DNA of 64,000 nucleotides from Eledone cirrhosa. Lineage: Eukaryota. The notes below the pieces were generated by a model. The model saw only the letters and a list, made by a program, of their open reading frames with translations, made no database searches and was not told where the DNA came from. The stretch covers positions 242,916,001 through 242,980,000 of the forward strand of contig OZ024742.1 in the NCBI GenBank assembly GCA_964016885.1, in the 5' to 3' direction. This document shows positions 29,588 to 43,802 of the stretch, one piece after another (positions within the stretch are counted from its first letter, which is position 1; every line of letters begins with the position of its first letter). Both the position numbers and the translations under genes were made by a program.

Positions 29588-29631
29588 AATACATATACGC
29601 ACACACAGACAGACACACACACACACACACA

Positions 29632-29695
<64 letters not shown>

Positions 29696-29884
29696 AAAAA
29701 GTTTAACCCCGACGGCAGAGCTCAAGCCGTTTCGACAGCTATTTCTAGGTCCAGAAATAGCCGTCGAAATGACTTGAGCTCTGCCGTCGGGGTTAAATTT
29801 TTTCCTATTACTCCCTCTACTACCCTAATTATTGAGTACTCTGGTGCGTTATGGTCCATCTGGTTCCTTACCACACCTCCTTCG

Positions 29885-29935
<51 letters not shown>

Positions 29936-29959
29936 TATATATTAAATATATATTATATA

Positions 29960-30054
<95 letters not shown>

Positions 30055-30055
<1 letters not shown>

Positions 30056-31237
30056 GATATTAAATAAATGGAAACTATATTTATAAAACCATATCTATTT
30101 CATTATATATATTTCAGGGATATCATATTAACAATATGTTATGCCTTCTTCAGACAAAATACAATATAGACAGTTTTATAAATAAATAGATTTGACATAC
30201 CGTTCAACATCGACTTGTATTTGAAAAGTTGATTTGGCAGTGAAAAATTGTAAACAGAAAGAAAGAAAGAAAGAAGGAAAGAAAGAAAGAAAACGAAGAA
30301 AAAGAAGAAATGCATGCAACTAAATAGAGAGATGGAAAGATAGATAAAGAGAAGAACTTCATGTAAAGAAACAGAGAGAGATATATAGAGAGAGGAAATA
30401 GATAGAGATAGATATATATAGAGAAAAGTAGGTAGTTGAACATCCGTTGAATGACGTATCAATGATACATTTATTTATTTATTTATTTATTTAGCTCAAC
30501 TTTTTATACGAACTAATATTTATACATTTATTTATTTATTTATTTATTTATTTAGCTCAACTCTTTATACGAACTAATATTTCTACATTGAAACATAGGG
30601 TTTTTAAATTCTGCCTCGCCTATGTCTGGTTACTTTTCATTTTTTCTCTATATATAACGGCTGGTTTCTCTCCTAACCACATATATCTCCCTTACATTAA
30701 TACTAGAGCTAAATAAATAAATAAATAAATAAATGTATCATTGATACGTCATTCAGCGGATGTTCAACTACCTACTTTTCTCTATATATATCTATCTCTA
30801 TCTATTTCCTCTCTCTATATATCTCTCTCTGTTTCTTTACATGAAGTTCTTCTCTTTATCTATCTTTCCATCTCTCTATTTAGTTGCATGCATTTCTTCT
30901 TTTTCTTCGTTTTCTTTCTTTCTTTCCTTCTTTCTTTCTTTCTTTCTGTTTACAATTTTTCACTGCCAAATCAACTTTTTCAAATACAAGTCGATGTTGA
31001 ACGGTATGTCAAATCTATTTATTTATAAAACTGTCTATATTGTATTTTGTCTGAAGAAGGCATAACATATTGTTAATATGATATCCCTGAAATATATATA
31101 ATGAAATAGATATGGTTTTATAAATATAGTTTCCATTTATTTAATATCGTAAATATACTCCAAATACTTGTTGAGTGCTTTTATATCAGTTATAAATATT
31201 TACTAGTTGTAACCCAACAATTTAAATATAACTTTCC
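30055..31237. mobile_element. large PLE inverted repeat (~440-bp arms, ~200-bp spacer, ~87-nt tail); hammerheads at 30097-30160 (-) and 31044-31107 (+)
   Basis: 30055-30498 is the near-exact reverse complement of 30706-31150 (mirror ORFs in the track); flanked by (TA)n. Confidence 0.85.
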
Positions 31238-31285
<48 letters not shown>

Positions 31286-31423
31286 AGATAAGTCTACCAA
31301 AATATACGGTAGTGTCCAATCTGTATGAAGAACTCAATGTAATCCAAATATAGAAGATATCATGAAAAGAGAAGATACATTCAAAAATTTACGATAAAAA
31401 TCATAGGAAAACAGAGTCAAGAG

Positions 31424-31793
31424 AAATTAATAAAAACAATGAAATAAACACAAAGAACAAGTTCTTTATATTAAAAAATTCATCATTTTACGATCGTTTC
31501 TGGGATGTATATGTGTGTTGGTATGTATATCACATAGATATATGTAAAAATATTACAAATTATCAGAGGAAATATACATACCTTCACATATACATGCCGT
31601 CCTCAAAAAGGCATGTCCTGAGGACGGCATGTATATGTGAAGGTATGTATATTTCCTCTGATAATTTGTAATATTTTTACATAGATCTATGTGATATACA
31701 TACCAACACACATATACATCCCAGAAACGATCGTAAAATTATGAATTTTTTAATATAAAGAACTTGTTCTTTGTGTTTATTTCATTGTTTTTA

Positions 31794-31797
<4 letters not shown>
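31424..31797. mobile_element. palindrome with long-helix-II hammerhead core (31618-31740, +)
   Basis: CTGAGGA-CGGCATGTATATGTG...CACATATACATCCCA-GAAA-CGATCG-TA; near-perfect ~180-bp arms. Confidence 0.7.
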
Positions 31798-31861
<64 letters not shown>

Positions 31862-31892
31862 AAAAAATAGAGGTGTGACACACGAGTTGTGA

Positions 31893-32242
31893 TATATTAG
31901 TAAAAAGGAAAAGAAAATACTGACAAATTTTTCCCAGTGAAAAATAGTTTAATTAGGAATAAGTATAAATTAGTAATAAGTATTAGTTAGTATTCAGTTT
32001 TAGTTTTAAGTTTTTAGCGGTTGCGCATTTCTTATGCTTTTCAAAAATAATTTTGAGATAGGGTGCTCGTGCAAAAATCACGAGCACTCTATCTCAAAAG
32101 CATAAGAAATGCGCAACCGCTAAAAACTTAAAACTAAAACTGAATACTAACTAATACTTATTACTAATTTATACTTATTCCTAATTAAACTATTTTTCAC
32201 TGGGAAAAATTTGTCAGCATTTTCTTTTCCTTTTTACTAATA
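31893..32242. repeat. near-perfect ~350-bp palindrome, probably PLE-derived
   Basis: Centre TTGAGATAGGGTGCTCGTG-CAAAAAT-CACGAGCACTCTATCTCAA; ends in (TA)n. Confidence 0.8.
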
Positions 32243-32634
32243 TATATATATATATAAACTGTTAGCTGAATCATATTTATGTATCGGACGCTTTGCCGCC
32301 ATTTCTGCACACACACTCGCATGAGCCCCTACATGCTTATTCACTAAACGCTTCTTGATATCCCTCCACAACGCTTTTCCTTTGTTATCTTCCAGCTTCC
32401 TCTTTTCTGATGAAGGGCTGACCTCCAACATGTTAAATAATTTTTTTTCCCGTTTGCCACAAGCGTAACACTAAAACCGTGTCATTTTTCTTTGTGTTTG
32501 CTTCCATTTTTACCTTTGAACTATATATATATATAGGTGGCGATAGCTGCCGGTGTTTTTACATAGCTACGGCTTTCTAAATGTTTATTTATAAACATAC
32601 CGTATTTCAATAGAAATACGAAATTCCAATTATA

Positions 32635-34451
<1,817 letters not shown>

Positions 34452-34661
34452 GTTGTATGGCTGCAAGAAAATCGCGTCCGTAGGCGGTATGCCGGCTGAG
34501 GAACAAGGATTCAGTGTTGCATCATACCATATTTAATAACATGTTACATATGTTTCACTATCGATCAGCTCGAGGAAAGACCTATTATAAATCGAACCTG
34601 ACTCTGTAATGGAAAGATCGTCAGATATGCTTCCTATATGATCAGTCTCCGATTCTATAGA

Positions 34662-34801
<140 letters not shown>

Positions 34802-35324
34802 GTACAATATTACTATATTCGTATTGTATAATATTTATATTATAACATGTGTCTGTCTTTTTTTTATTTCATCTTTTTACTCATGTATCATTATCATATA
34901 TATTTCAATATATTGTTTCTATATAAAGTTTGTTCTATATAAAGTTTGTTAGGACTAACATACTAAATTACCTAGTAAATTACAAATTCAAGCAAATTAA
35001 AATATTTATTCAACAAACTATTATTTTTAGTCTATCATGTTGTCTGGTAACCTGCCCTCACAGTTAATACAAAACTTTCAATCTTTCTTTTTTTCAATTT
35101 TAGAATTATATAGCAAGAAATTATTATCCAATATCAAATTTACTTCTATAACTCTCTAAAAAAACATAATACCATTCCAATTATATCTTTTACCCGCACT
35201 ATTTCTATCGACACACACTTCTTACCATATCCTAAATTTAATTTCTATCTAATGATCGCTTCCCTCCAAACTCATTCCTGTATATATATATATATATATA
35301 TATTTCGATTTTACTAAGCCTCCA

Positions 35325-35372
<48 letters not shown>

Positions 35373-35373
35373 A

Positions 35374-36409
35374 TCGTTTCTGAATTTGTTTAGCAAGATT
35401 CTTTATCTGAAATCGTGTGTTGAAACCGATATTGTTATACTTTGGGAGGGTCATGTTGCCAATAAGAAACACACGCACCAGTTGCTTTCACTTCAATTTA
35501 TTATATATTTATAAATTTATAAATTTACAAATTTACAAACTTATAAATTTCTGGTTGGTTGGTTCCACAACCAGATAGTTGTTTATATATAGTCATAGTC
35601 CTTTCGTCACACACTCTGTGACCTCTTCAGTGACTGGGGATTCCTTTCTTCGTTTCTGTGCCTTTCCTTTCTTCTATCCTACGCCATTTTGTTTCTGTGT
35701 GTGTGTTGTGTGCTCAGTTTGCGCATGCGCCACATCCGGGTGTCTGTGTGTGTTTGTGTTCATTTATCTATTTGTTTATTTATTTATTTATTTATTGTTG
35801 GTTGGTTGTTTGTTCTATGTGTGTGTGTGTTTTCATTTTGTCCTGTGTGTGTTTTCATTTTGTGTGTGTTTTCATTTTGTCCTTAATTGTAAGTTGTTTG
35901 TTCTATGTGTGTGTGTGTTTTCATTTTGTCCTTAATTGTAAGTTGTGATGTTGCTGTTCCACTCATATTTTCTATTTAATTTTGGTTTTAATTCTTTTAT
36001 GCTTACTGCCTCTGTAATTTGCCTAAACATTGCGTCTTTTCTGTGTGTGGATTCTATTTTTATTTCTATGCTCTCTAATCTACCCCTGTGTTCTATCTTA
36101 GCATGTTGGTAGAGCACAGATGATTCTTTATTATCTTGGAGGTCTCGCCAGTGTTCATTTATTCGTTCCCCTATACTACGAGCTGTCTCACCTATGTACA
36201 CTATATTTTTGTTTCTACATTGTCCTTCAGTACATCTTATGCTATATATAAACAACTATCTGGTTGTAGAACCAACCAACCAACCAGAAATTTATAAGTT
36301 TGTAAATTTGTAAATTTATAAATTTATAAATATATAATAAATTGAAGTGAAAGCAACTGGTGCGTGTGTTTCTTATTGGCAACATGACCCTCCCAAAGTA
36401 TAACAATAT
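35374..36409 (-). mobile_element. 5'-truncated Penelope-like element: inverted partial pLTR, GIY-YIG end, 3' UTR, pLTR with hammerhead
   Basis: 35428-35591 is inverted at 36242-36409; (TA)n on both sides. Confidence 0.9.
35932..36250 (-). CDS. GIY-YIG endonuclease domain (C-terminus of a PLE ORF), fragment
   Basis: IYSIRC...C...VYIGETARSIGERINEH...H...H...RQITEAVSI...LNRKYEW, with the catalytic-type Y, R, E and N residues present. Confidence 0.88.
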
Positions 36410-36799
36410 ATATATATATATATATAAATGAAAGTATATAAATTATTGTGAGCGTGAAGCCAACAGTATTTCATAATATATAAGTGACTATAACGTCAAA
36501 ATGGAAAAATAGTTAACGTAAGATGTGAGAGAGAGAGAGAGGGGGGGGGGGGAGTGTCGCACATAATTTGATTATACATACGATTCTTACAGACAGATTT
36601 ATCTTTCTTTTCGCAAGCATGTATATGTTAAGACAACACATTTATACTTAGAATACATCTATTAAAACAGAACCATGTATTTCCTACCAACATTAAATCA
36701 ACGTGTTATTAACATGTCAGTTAATTACAATTTTATTGTATATTTTTGCTCGAAAATATCTCTTTTGATCTTAATATAATCGTTTTCCAGCATCTTTAC

Positions 36800-37990
36800 C
36801 TCAATTCCCTTATTAAATCAACCCCAGTACTCGACTGGTACTAAGTTGACCTCAACAGGATTTTTACTCAGAACTTAATGTGATGAAACAAATACCGCAA
36901 AGGTATTCTCTACCACACTCTACCAATTTTCTTAACCTGCCGCCCTTATCTATCCTAAAATAAGGATTGCTACTATAAGTACAAGGCCAGCAATTTTATC
37001 GACCCCATAAGGATGAAATACAAAGCTAACCTTGGCGGGATTTTAACTCAGATCGTAAATGGACGTAACTCTATGCCGCAAAGAATGGTATCCGGCGCTC
37101 TACCGATACTGCCAATCAACCGCTCTTATCTATCCTAAAATAATTGTTTCTACTTTTGGCACAAGACCAGCAATTACCCCAGTGCATTACTGGTACTTTA
37201 TTTGATCGACTTCGTAGGGATAAAAAGCAAAGTTAACTTCGGCGAGATTTTAACTCAGATCGTAATGGGGCGTAACTCTATGCTGCAAAGCATGGCGTCT
37301 AACCATCTACAAACACTGCCAATCCACCGCCCTTCTATCCTAAAATAATGATTTCTAATTTAGGCACAATGTCAGCAATTTGTGGGAAGAGGAAAGTCGA
37401 TTATATCGACCCCAATTCTTTATTGGTAATTTAAGTTTTCGACCACAGAAGGTATCCATTCTAGAATAAGTGTTCCTAAATTTGGCACAAGAGCAGCAAT
37501 TCTGGAGAAGAGCAAGTCCATTAAATCAATCCCACTACTTGATTGGTACTTTATTTTACCGATCCCGGAAGAATTAACGGCAAAGCTGACCTCGTTGGTA
37601 TTTGAACTCAGAAAGTAAAGGGCCGTAACTATATGCAGCAAAGCATGTTGTCTGACACTGTCGCGATACTGCCAATCAGTCGTGTATTGTAAAATAATTA
37701 TTTCTACTTTTGGCACAAGGCCAGTTATTACCCAGTGCATTACTGGTACTTTATTTTATCGACCCCGTAAGGATGAAAGGCAAAGTAAACCTCGGCGGGA
37801 TTTGAACTCGGACCGTAAAGTGTATTGTAAAATAATGGTTTCTGATTTAGGCACAAAACCAGTGTATTACTGGTACTTTATTTTATCGACCCCGTAAGGA
37901 TGAAAGGTAAAGTTAACCTCGACGAGATTTGAACTCAGACCGTAAAGGGCCGTAAAGAACTGCAAAACATAGTGTCTGACGCTCTACCGT
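36800..37990 (-). mobile_element. cluster of about 7 tandem SINEs
   Basis: Copies are separated by repeated spacers (T)TATCTATCCTAAAATAA (x3) and GTGTATTGTAAAATAAT (x2). Confidence 0.85.
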
Positions 37991-38343
37991 TAAGGAATTT
38001 ATATATTTTATCTTTTAGTTCTAGAATATCACTAACATTAATAATCCTTAATAAATTACACATCTCTTTATCATCAATCAGCCTACATTAATAGTTATTG
38101 AACTTACATTATATGCCTCTCAAAGAAACAACTTATTAAACGTATATAAATATATAATTCTTCCTATAATTCTTCCTATAAAATAATTATTTTGGATTAT
38201 AATCCAAGATTATATTTTATACAAATGACTATTGGGGAATTATCTCCCCCTTAACTCTGTTTCTCAATCATCACAGACAAATCCGTTTTCTTTTTGCTCT
38301 ACTTTATGTAAACTATACTTTCTCCAATCATTATTTATTAGTT

Positions 38344-38735
38344 CGGTGGATTGGGAGTATCGGTAGAGGGTCGGACGCCATGCTTTCCAGCATAGTTACG
38401 TCCCTTTATGATCTGAGTTCAAATCCCGCCGAGGTTGACTTTGCCTTTCATCCTTACGGGGTCGATAAAATAAAGTACCAGTAATGCACTGGGTGATTGC
38501 TGGCCTTGTGCCTAAAGTAGAAACAATTATTTATTAGTTATATAAAGGCGGTGGATTGGCAGTATCGGTAGAGGGTCGGACGCCATGCTTTGCAGCATAG
38601 AGTTACGGCCCTTTATGATCTGAGTTCAAATCCCGCCGAGGTTAACTTTGCCTTTCATCCTTACGGGGTCGATAAAATAAAGTACCAGTAATGCACTGGG
38701 TTATTTGCTGGCCTTGTGCCAAAAGTAGAAACAAT
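38344..38735 (+). mobile_element. two tandem SINEs (best-preserved copy 38547-38735)
   Basis: GGCGGTGGATTGGCAGTATCGGTAGAG...GAGTTCAAATCCCGCC...GGCCTTGTGCCAAAAGTAGAAAC; spacer TTATTTATTAGTT occurs before, between and after the copies. Confidence 0.9.
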
Positions 38736-39401
38736 TATTTATTAGTTATATATAATAAATATATAATAAAGAAACCATTATATTTATTAGTTACATAAGT
38801 TTACTGTACAAGAAACAGCTTTTAGACTCATTCTCGCTTATATACACATTTATACACCAAGTCCGAACACAAAAGAACTACTGTCACTACCTCCGTCTCT
38901 TTTGCGCTCTCCCCATCTCTCAATACTGTGAGAAAATGGGGGCTCACGCGCTGGCCGCCCCGCGATCCCGGTGGACAGAATAGAGGTGTTTCTCTCTATT
39001 TTTTCTCTGACGCTTAACACAAACATGTTCGAATTTTCATTAATATAAAATATGGTCGCATGAATATTTTTAACCATTTATTCCTGTAAATTCAACTCTC
39101 TCTTTCCTATATATAACGTCGTTAGAAAACATGCGATTTACCTTCTTCACTTAGTTTCTTAATATAAAAGTAATTTGAAATTGTCTCCGTTATTTTAAGT
39201 TAGCTACTAATAGTTATTAAAAACACAACACCAACGCAACAGTTTTGTCATACTACATCTAGAATATATAATTTCGCATTCATTCCAATTGTATTTTGAC
39301 GCTAAATTACCTCACAGACACACTTCAAGTTCTCTTCTTATTTACGAGTGTCTACGAAACCACAGGTAATTTACAAATAATTCAAACTGTTAATATAAAT
39401 A

Positions 39402-39437
<36 letters not shown>

Positions 39438-39467
39438 TGTATGTATGTATGTATGTACGTATGTATG

Positions 39468-39972
39468 TTTCTCTTTCTCTTAATTTCTAGTACATTTTTG
39501 ACCGGCCACCATCCTGGTGGCAAGGTTGTAAAAGAAAATAAATTGTCATCCCTTGAATCGCAAAAATGTTTTGCAAATTTTGAAGGTGCCAGTTATCGCA
39601 GCCATTTGTAGTCTATGAATTACGGAGCTGCGCTCTTTGTCCACAAATTGAAGTTCAGTTATGCTTTGGTCCAAGCGGGTTGGTATATAATCTGTAGCTC
39701 CAAAAATGATGGGTATGAAGCTGAAAGTGTATCTTGGATACTGGATCTGCAAACTCCTCATCAATGGTCCGTAGATATCCTCCTTCTCTTGTATTATTCT
39801 TACAACGTTGACATCAAGTGGGCAGCTGATCTTTACAACAGAGCACGCTTCAATGTGTGGTCCCAAACAACAATATCAAGCCGGTTGTGCTTTAATTTGG
39901 TGGCAGCTTTTATTTTCGGGTTCCACCGGTATTCTTTAGTGCCATCTATCTCAACATATTCCCCCTCATATA
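39468..39972 (-). mobile_element. 5'-truncated R4/Dong-like LINE (restriction-like endonuclease domain), frameshifted
   Basis: YRWNPKIKAATKLKHNRLDIVVWD / CSVVKISCPLDVNV...EKEDIYGPL...IPIIFGATDYIP corresponds to the W..HNRPDIV..D.SCP..EK..Y..P.I.GA RLE pattern; (TACA)n on both flanks. Confidence 0.82.
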
Positions 39973-40631
39973 TCTGTCTTTCTTTCTGCCTATCTGTATG
40001 TATGTATGTATGTATGCATTTGTTCTTTACTTCGTTAATTTGTTTTATCCATGACATCTAATGTCACACTCAAGCATGACTGTCTAGGCTAATTCTTACT
40101 TCTGTATATTTAGCATCATTAATTGGTGGGGCAACGATTTGGTGGAAATTGATTCCTTTGACTTTAGTTTATTTCAGGTGATTTATATGGAATGCTAGGA
40201 AGAAATGCGTCTAGAGGAAACTGGTAAAATTTCTCAGGCATTTTGGGAGATAGTTATATAATTATGATCCTTCAAATTCCAAACTTTTCTTGTATACATT
40301 CCTTATGCGAGAGTTTGGGAAAGGGTATGTCGGAATTTGACAGCATCCTTCATTTCTCATGTTCTATCTTTTTTTAATACTAAAATTTGAAGCAAGACCT
40401 TCGAGAATCGTCCTAACATATGATGACGTGTTGTTCTCTTCAACATTCCAGGCACTAGAGACGTAATGTGTGGAGGCATTTCTAGTAGTTCAGGTGTCTA
40501 ACATTGGTCGTTTATTTTGTGAATGCTTATATTTCTATATTTCTTGGCAATCTATTCTCTCCCCCCCCTCTCTCTCACTCTCTCTCTCCCTCTCTCTCTC
40601 TCTCTTTCTCTCTCTCTCTTTCTCTCTCTTC

Positions 40632-40662
<31 letters not shown>

Positions 40663-40671
40663 TGAAGTCTA

Positions 40672-40939
40672 AAGCCTGCCTTAAGCCAGAAGGCTCATTT
40701 GGCCAGTGCTTATCCCAGTTTCATGGGCGTGAAGCGACTCAGAGTGAAGACTCTCTCTGGATAGGACGCCAGTCCATCACAGGGTTAAGCCCCCAATTTT
40801 TGCTGGTACACATTTTCAGCTGAGTATATTGGAGCAACGTGAAATGAAGTGTTTTGCTCAAGAACACAACACGCAACCCAGGAACCGAACCCACGACATT
40901 ATGATCGTAAGTCCAACACCCTTTCTATAGGCCTCCACT
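40672..40939 (-). mobile_element. tRNA-derived CORE SINE with V-like domain
   Basis: Minus strand: GGTTCGGTTCC B box, TGTTCTTGAGCAAAACACTTCATTTCACGTTGCTCCA (CORE-like), CCTGTGATGGACTGGCGTCCTATCCAG (V-domain-like). Confidence 0.7.
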
Positions 40940-40966
40940 ATATATTTATATATACATATATAAATA

Positions 40967-41440
40967 CTAGTCAAATTACCCGCGCCTTGCTGCGTTTCCC
41001 ACATTTTTTTTTATGTAAGAAAATGATGATTGATTTTAAATCAGTGATATAATTTATGGAGAAAAACTCTGCATTTCAATATTACTCAATGTAAAATGTA
41101 ATGCATGAAAAATTGGAAAACATTATTTTTTGTAATATATCAAATCAAAGTTACATTAATAAATCTTATTCTTATTTTGTTTCTTGTAAATAATTTTTTT
41201 CAAAATATCAATTCAAAACTTTTTATATAGGCATCATATCTTGTCATTTACCTATGGTTTAAATTTCATATAAATCGAAAGGAAAACATTTTCAGCGGGG
41301 GTTTGTGACTCCGAGGAACCCTAATAGGGGGTTTAACGCCCATTAGGGTGTCTTAATATTATTGAAATTTGCTGAAATTTTGTGAATAGACATCATATCT
41401 TGTCATTTACCTATGGTTTAAATTTCGTATAAATCGAAGG
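40967..41440 (-). mobile_element. Helitron-like 3' portion
   Basis: Minus strand ends CGCAGCAAGGCGCGGGTAATTTGA-CTAG-T; an internal ~47-bp direct repeat at 41232 and 41391. Confidence 0.5.
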
Positions 41441-41626
41441 TTTGTTGGTTCACCACTGGATAGAACTGGTCATTCCGTTTGGTCAACCTCGATGTAATAT
41501 TATGGAGATCACTCAACGTAATGCAACTCACCCGTCTTCGTTTGTGTAGTTGGTGGTGCGAGTACGGAGTTAATTATTATGAAATAACAGGAGGCTGGAC
41601 TGGTGTAATTCCTTAAAAGGTTTATT

Positions 41627-41684
41627 ATACTATGATCATTTCAGTGAACGGGTTCAGTATGAATCCGGTGACATCATCAGGTAT
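41627..41684 (-). ncRNA. type I hammerhead ribozyme
   Basis: ATAC-CTGATGA-T-GTCACCGGATTCA-TAC-TGAACCCGTTCAC-T-GAAA-TGATCA-TA-GTAT; lies between short inverted repeats at 41582-41603 and 41775-41797. Confidence 0.72.
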
Positions 41685-42016
41685 TCGAAATATAACGAAG
41701 GAATATAATAGACAAAATCCATGGGGAAGAAAATCAGAGACATGAGGGCGGCCGAACATTTAGCAGCTTCCAGTCCGGTCCAGCCTCCTGTTATTTTATA
41801 ATATATATATATACATATGTGGTTGACGGCTAAGAAAAAAAGAGTACTCAATACAGAAGGAGTTTTGATATTCATTTTTATTAAGGCGAAATAATGAGTC
41901 TTATTATTCTGGAGTTCTGGAGACAGTGATAAACAGGTGAAACTCCAGAGTAAAAGTCTCACTATTTACACTTAATAAAATGAATATGTGTGTGTGTGTA
42001 TTTATGTATACACACA

Positions 42017-42169
<153 letters not shown>

Positions 42170-43105
42170 CTATAATCCCCCGCACAACGATCTGGTAACT
42201 ACTAAACTATCCTATCTCTTCTTCAAACTTAAAGACGAACACTATCCTCCTCCACACAAATTCCATAGAATACTAAATAGAAACACGATCCTATTCCACC
42301 ACAGCTAACCTGAGCAATTTCATTATGAAATTGAATAACAAACGCCTCCGCAGGTATGGCAATACCAACAGCCAGCGGAGTCCCGCACATAATCTGAACC
42401 CTCATCAACATCCACAGCCTCCAACACTGAGCAGACCTCACTCAGACTCAGAAGCTCCCGCGTCTTGCGACGCATGAGGCAATCATAGTGTTCCATCGCA
42501 TTCGGTCAGCAGCTAGTTGCACAGCGTCCCGCCATTGTCTGTTTGTCACTCGCAGGTCCCTCTCAACTGTCTGGCGCCCACAAATACCAACGTTTCTTCC
42601 ACTTTAAACGCATATCAGGAGCAACAACAAAATACCTGGAATAACACCCCCCAATACAGGAACCAGGGATGAAACCACACACTATACACGGACAAACTGC
42701 AACTGCAGAAATCACAGCAATTGTTCTCTATCGAGTAAATGCTTGTGCAAAAATCTCATTTATCAATGTGTGGTAAAATCTAAACTGAGGATATATAAAT
42801 ATATGGGTTTCGAATATTTTCAATAAAAAATCCTATGTGCACACCCACACATTTAAAAACCCCAATTTAGAAGATCTACGGCCCTGGCGAAAAAAATCTG
42901 AGATTTGAAACGCGCTAATATTGAATACACATTACAATGGTCCGTGCTAAAATTCGCCCTGAATGAAAGACGCTCCTCTGAACTGTGTTTGGCGGAGGTA
43001 ATTGAAATAGCGACTGGAAAGGACCTTCTAAATTTCCGGCACCATAGGATATTTAATTGCAAACACAAGGTTCTAAAAACCTTCGCTAAATACAAACTGG
43101 ACTAG
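42170..43105 (+). pseudogene. decayed Penelope-like ORF (linker + Cys motif + GIY-YIG), a different clade from 35932-36250
   Basis: YNPPHNDLVTTKLSYLFFKLKDEHYPPPHKFHRILNRNTI; CNCRNHSNCSLSSKCLCKNLIYQCVV (~42695-42780); ALAKKI*DLKRANIEYTLQWSVL...LCLAE...LLN...CKH; starts at (TA)n. Confidence 0.8.
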
Positions 43106-43736
43106 AACAAGATTCGATCCCTAATACTTAGGTTTTACTATATCCTATTTGGTACATTACCTGTGGCATTTGAGCATTTCACACTCAATGGATTCAGTAA
43201 TATTTAAAACAGTCCCATTTTCTTAATTCCTTTCCTCCTTACCCACTCTAGCCTACACTTAAACTCTACCCTATCTTTCTCAGTCCCGCTCTTTATACCT
43301 TCTCTATCCCCATATATGGTAAACATCAAAGCCTTCACCTGTAACAATGGTCAAAGAATAATTGATCGACATCACGGCGCACAGCTTGATAGTGTGAAAC
43401 TCTTTACCCCACTCCCTCTCTTCTCTACTATAACACTAACTAACTGTATTTCATGCTATTTTTAACTTATTTACATTTTCTTAAACGAAAATCTCATTAT
43501 TGAATTCTACCGCGTAGTGAATAGTTGAATTCCACTACTATATGCTTTCTGAAGCAGTGTAATAAATGACTAAGTATTGTATATGATTTAACAATATATA
43601 TAGTAGTCAGCATATAAACTATAGACAATTTATAATAGACACAGACACAGACACATATGTCAAAGCAAATAAATTCATAATCTCTTCACGCCGACGTTTC
43701 ATTTTTCTTGGTGCAATACTTACTTATAGTAATATG

Positions 43737-43802
<66 letters not shown>

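Noticed and set aside
38547-38640. SINE heads as tRNA genes
   Set aside because: A and B boxes are present, but there is no proper cloverleaf and they are fused to a SINE body in about 30 copies.
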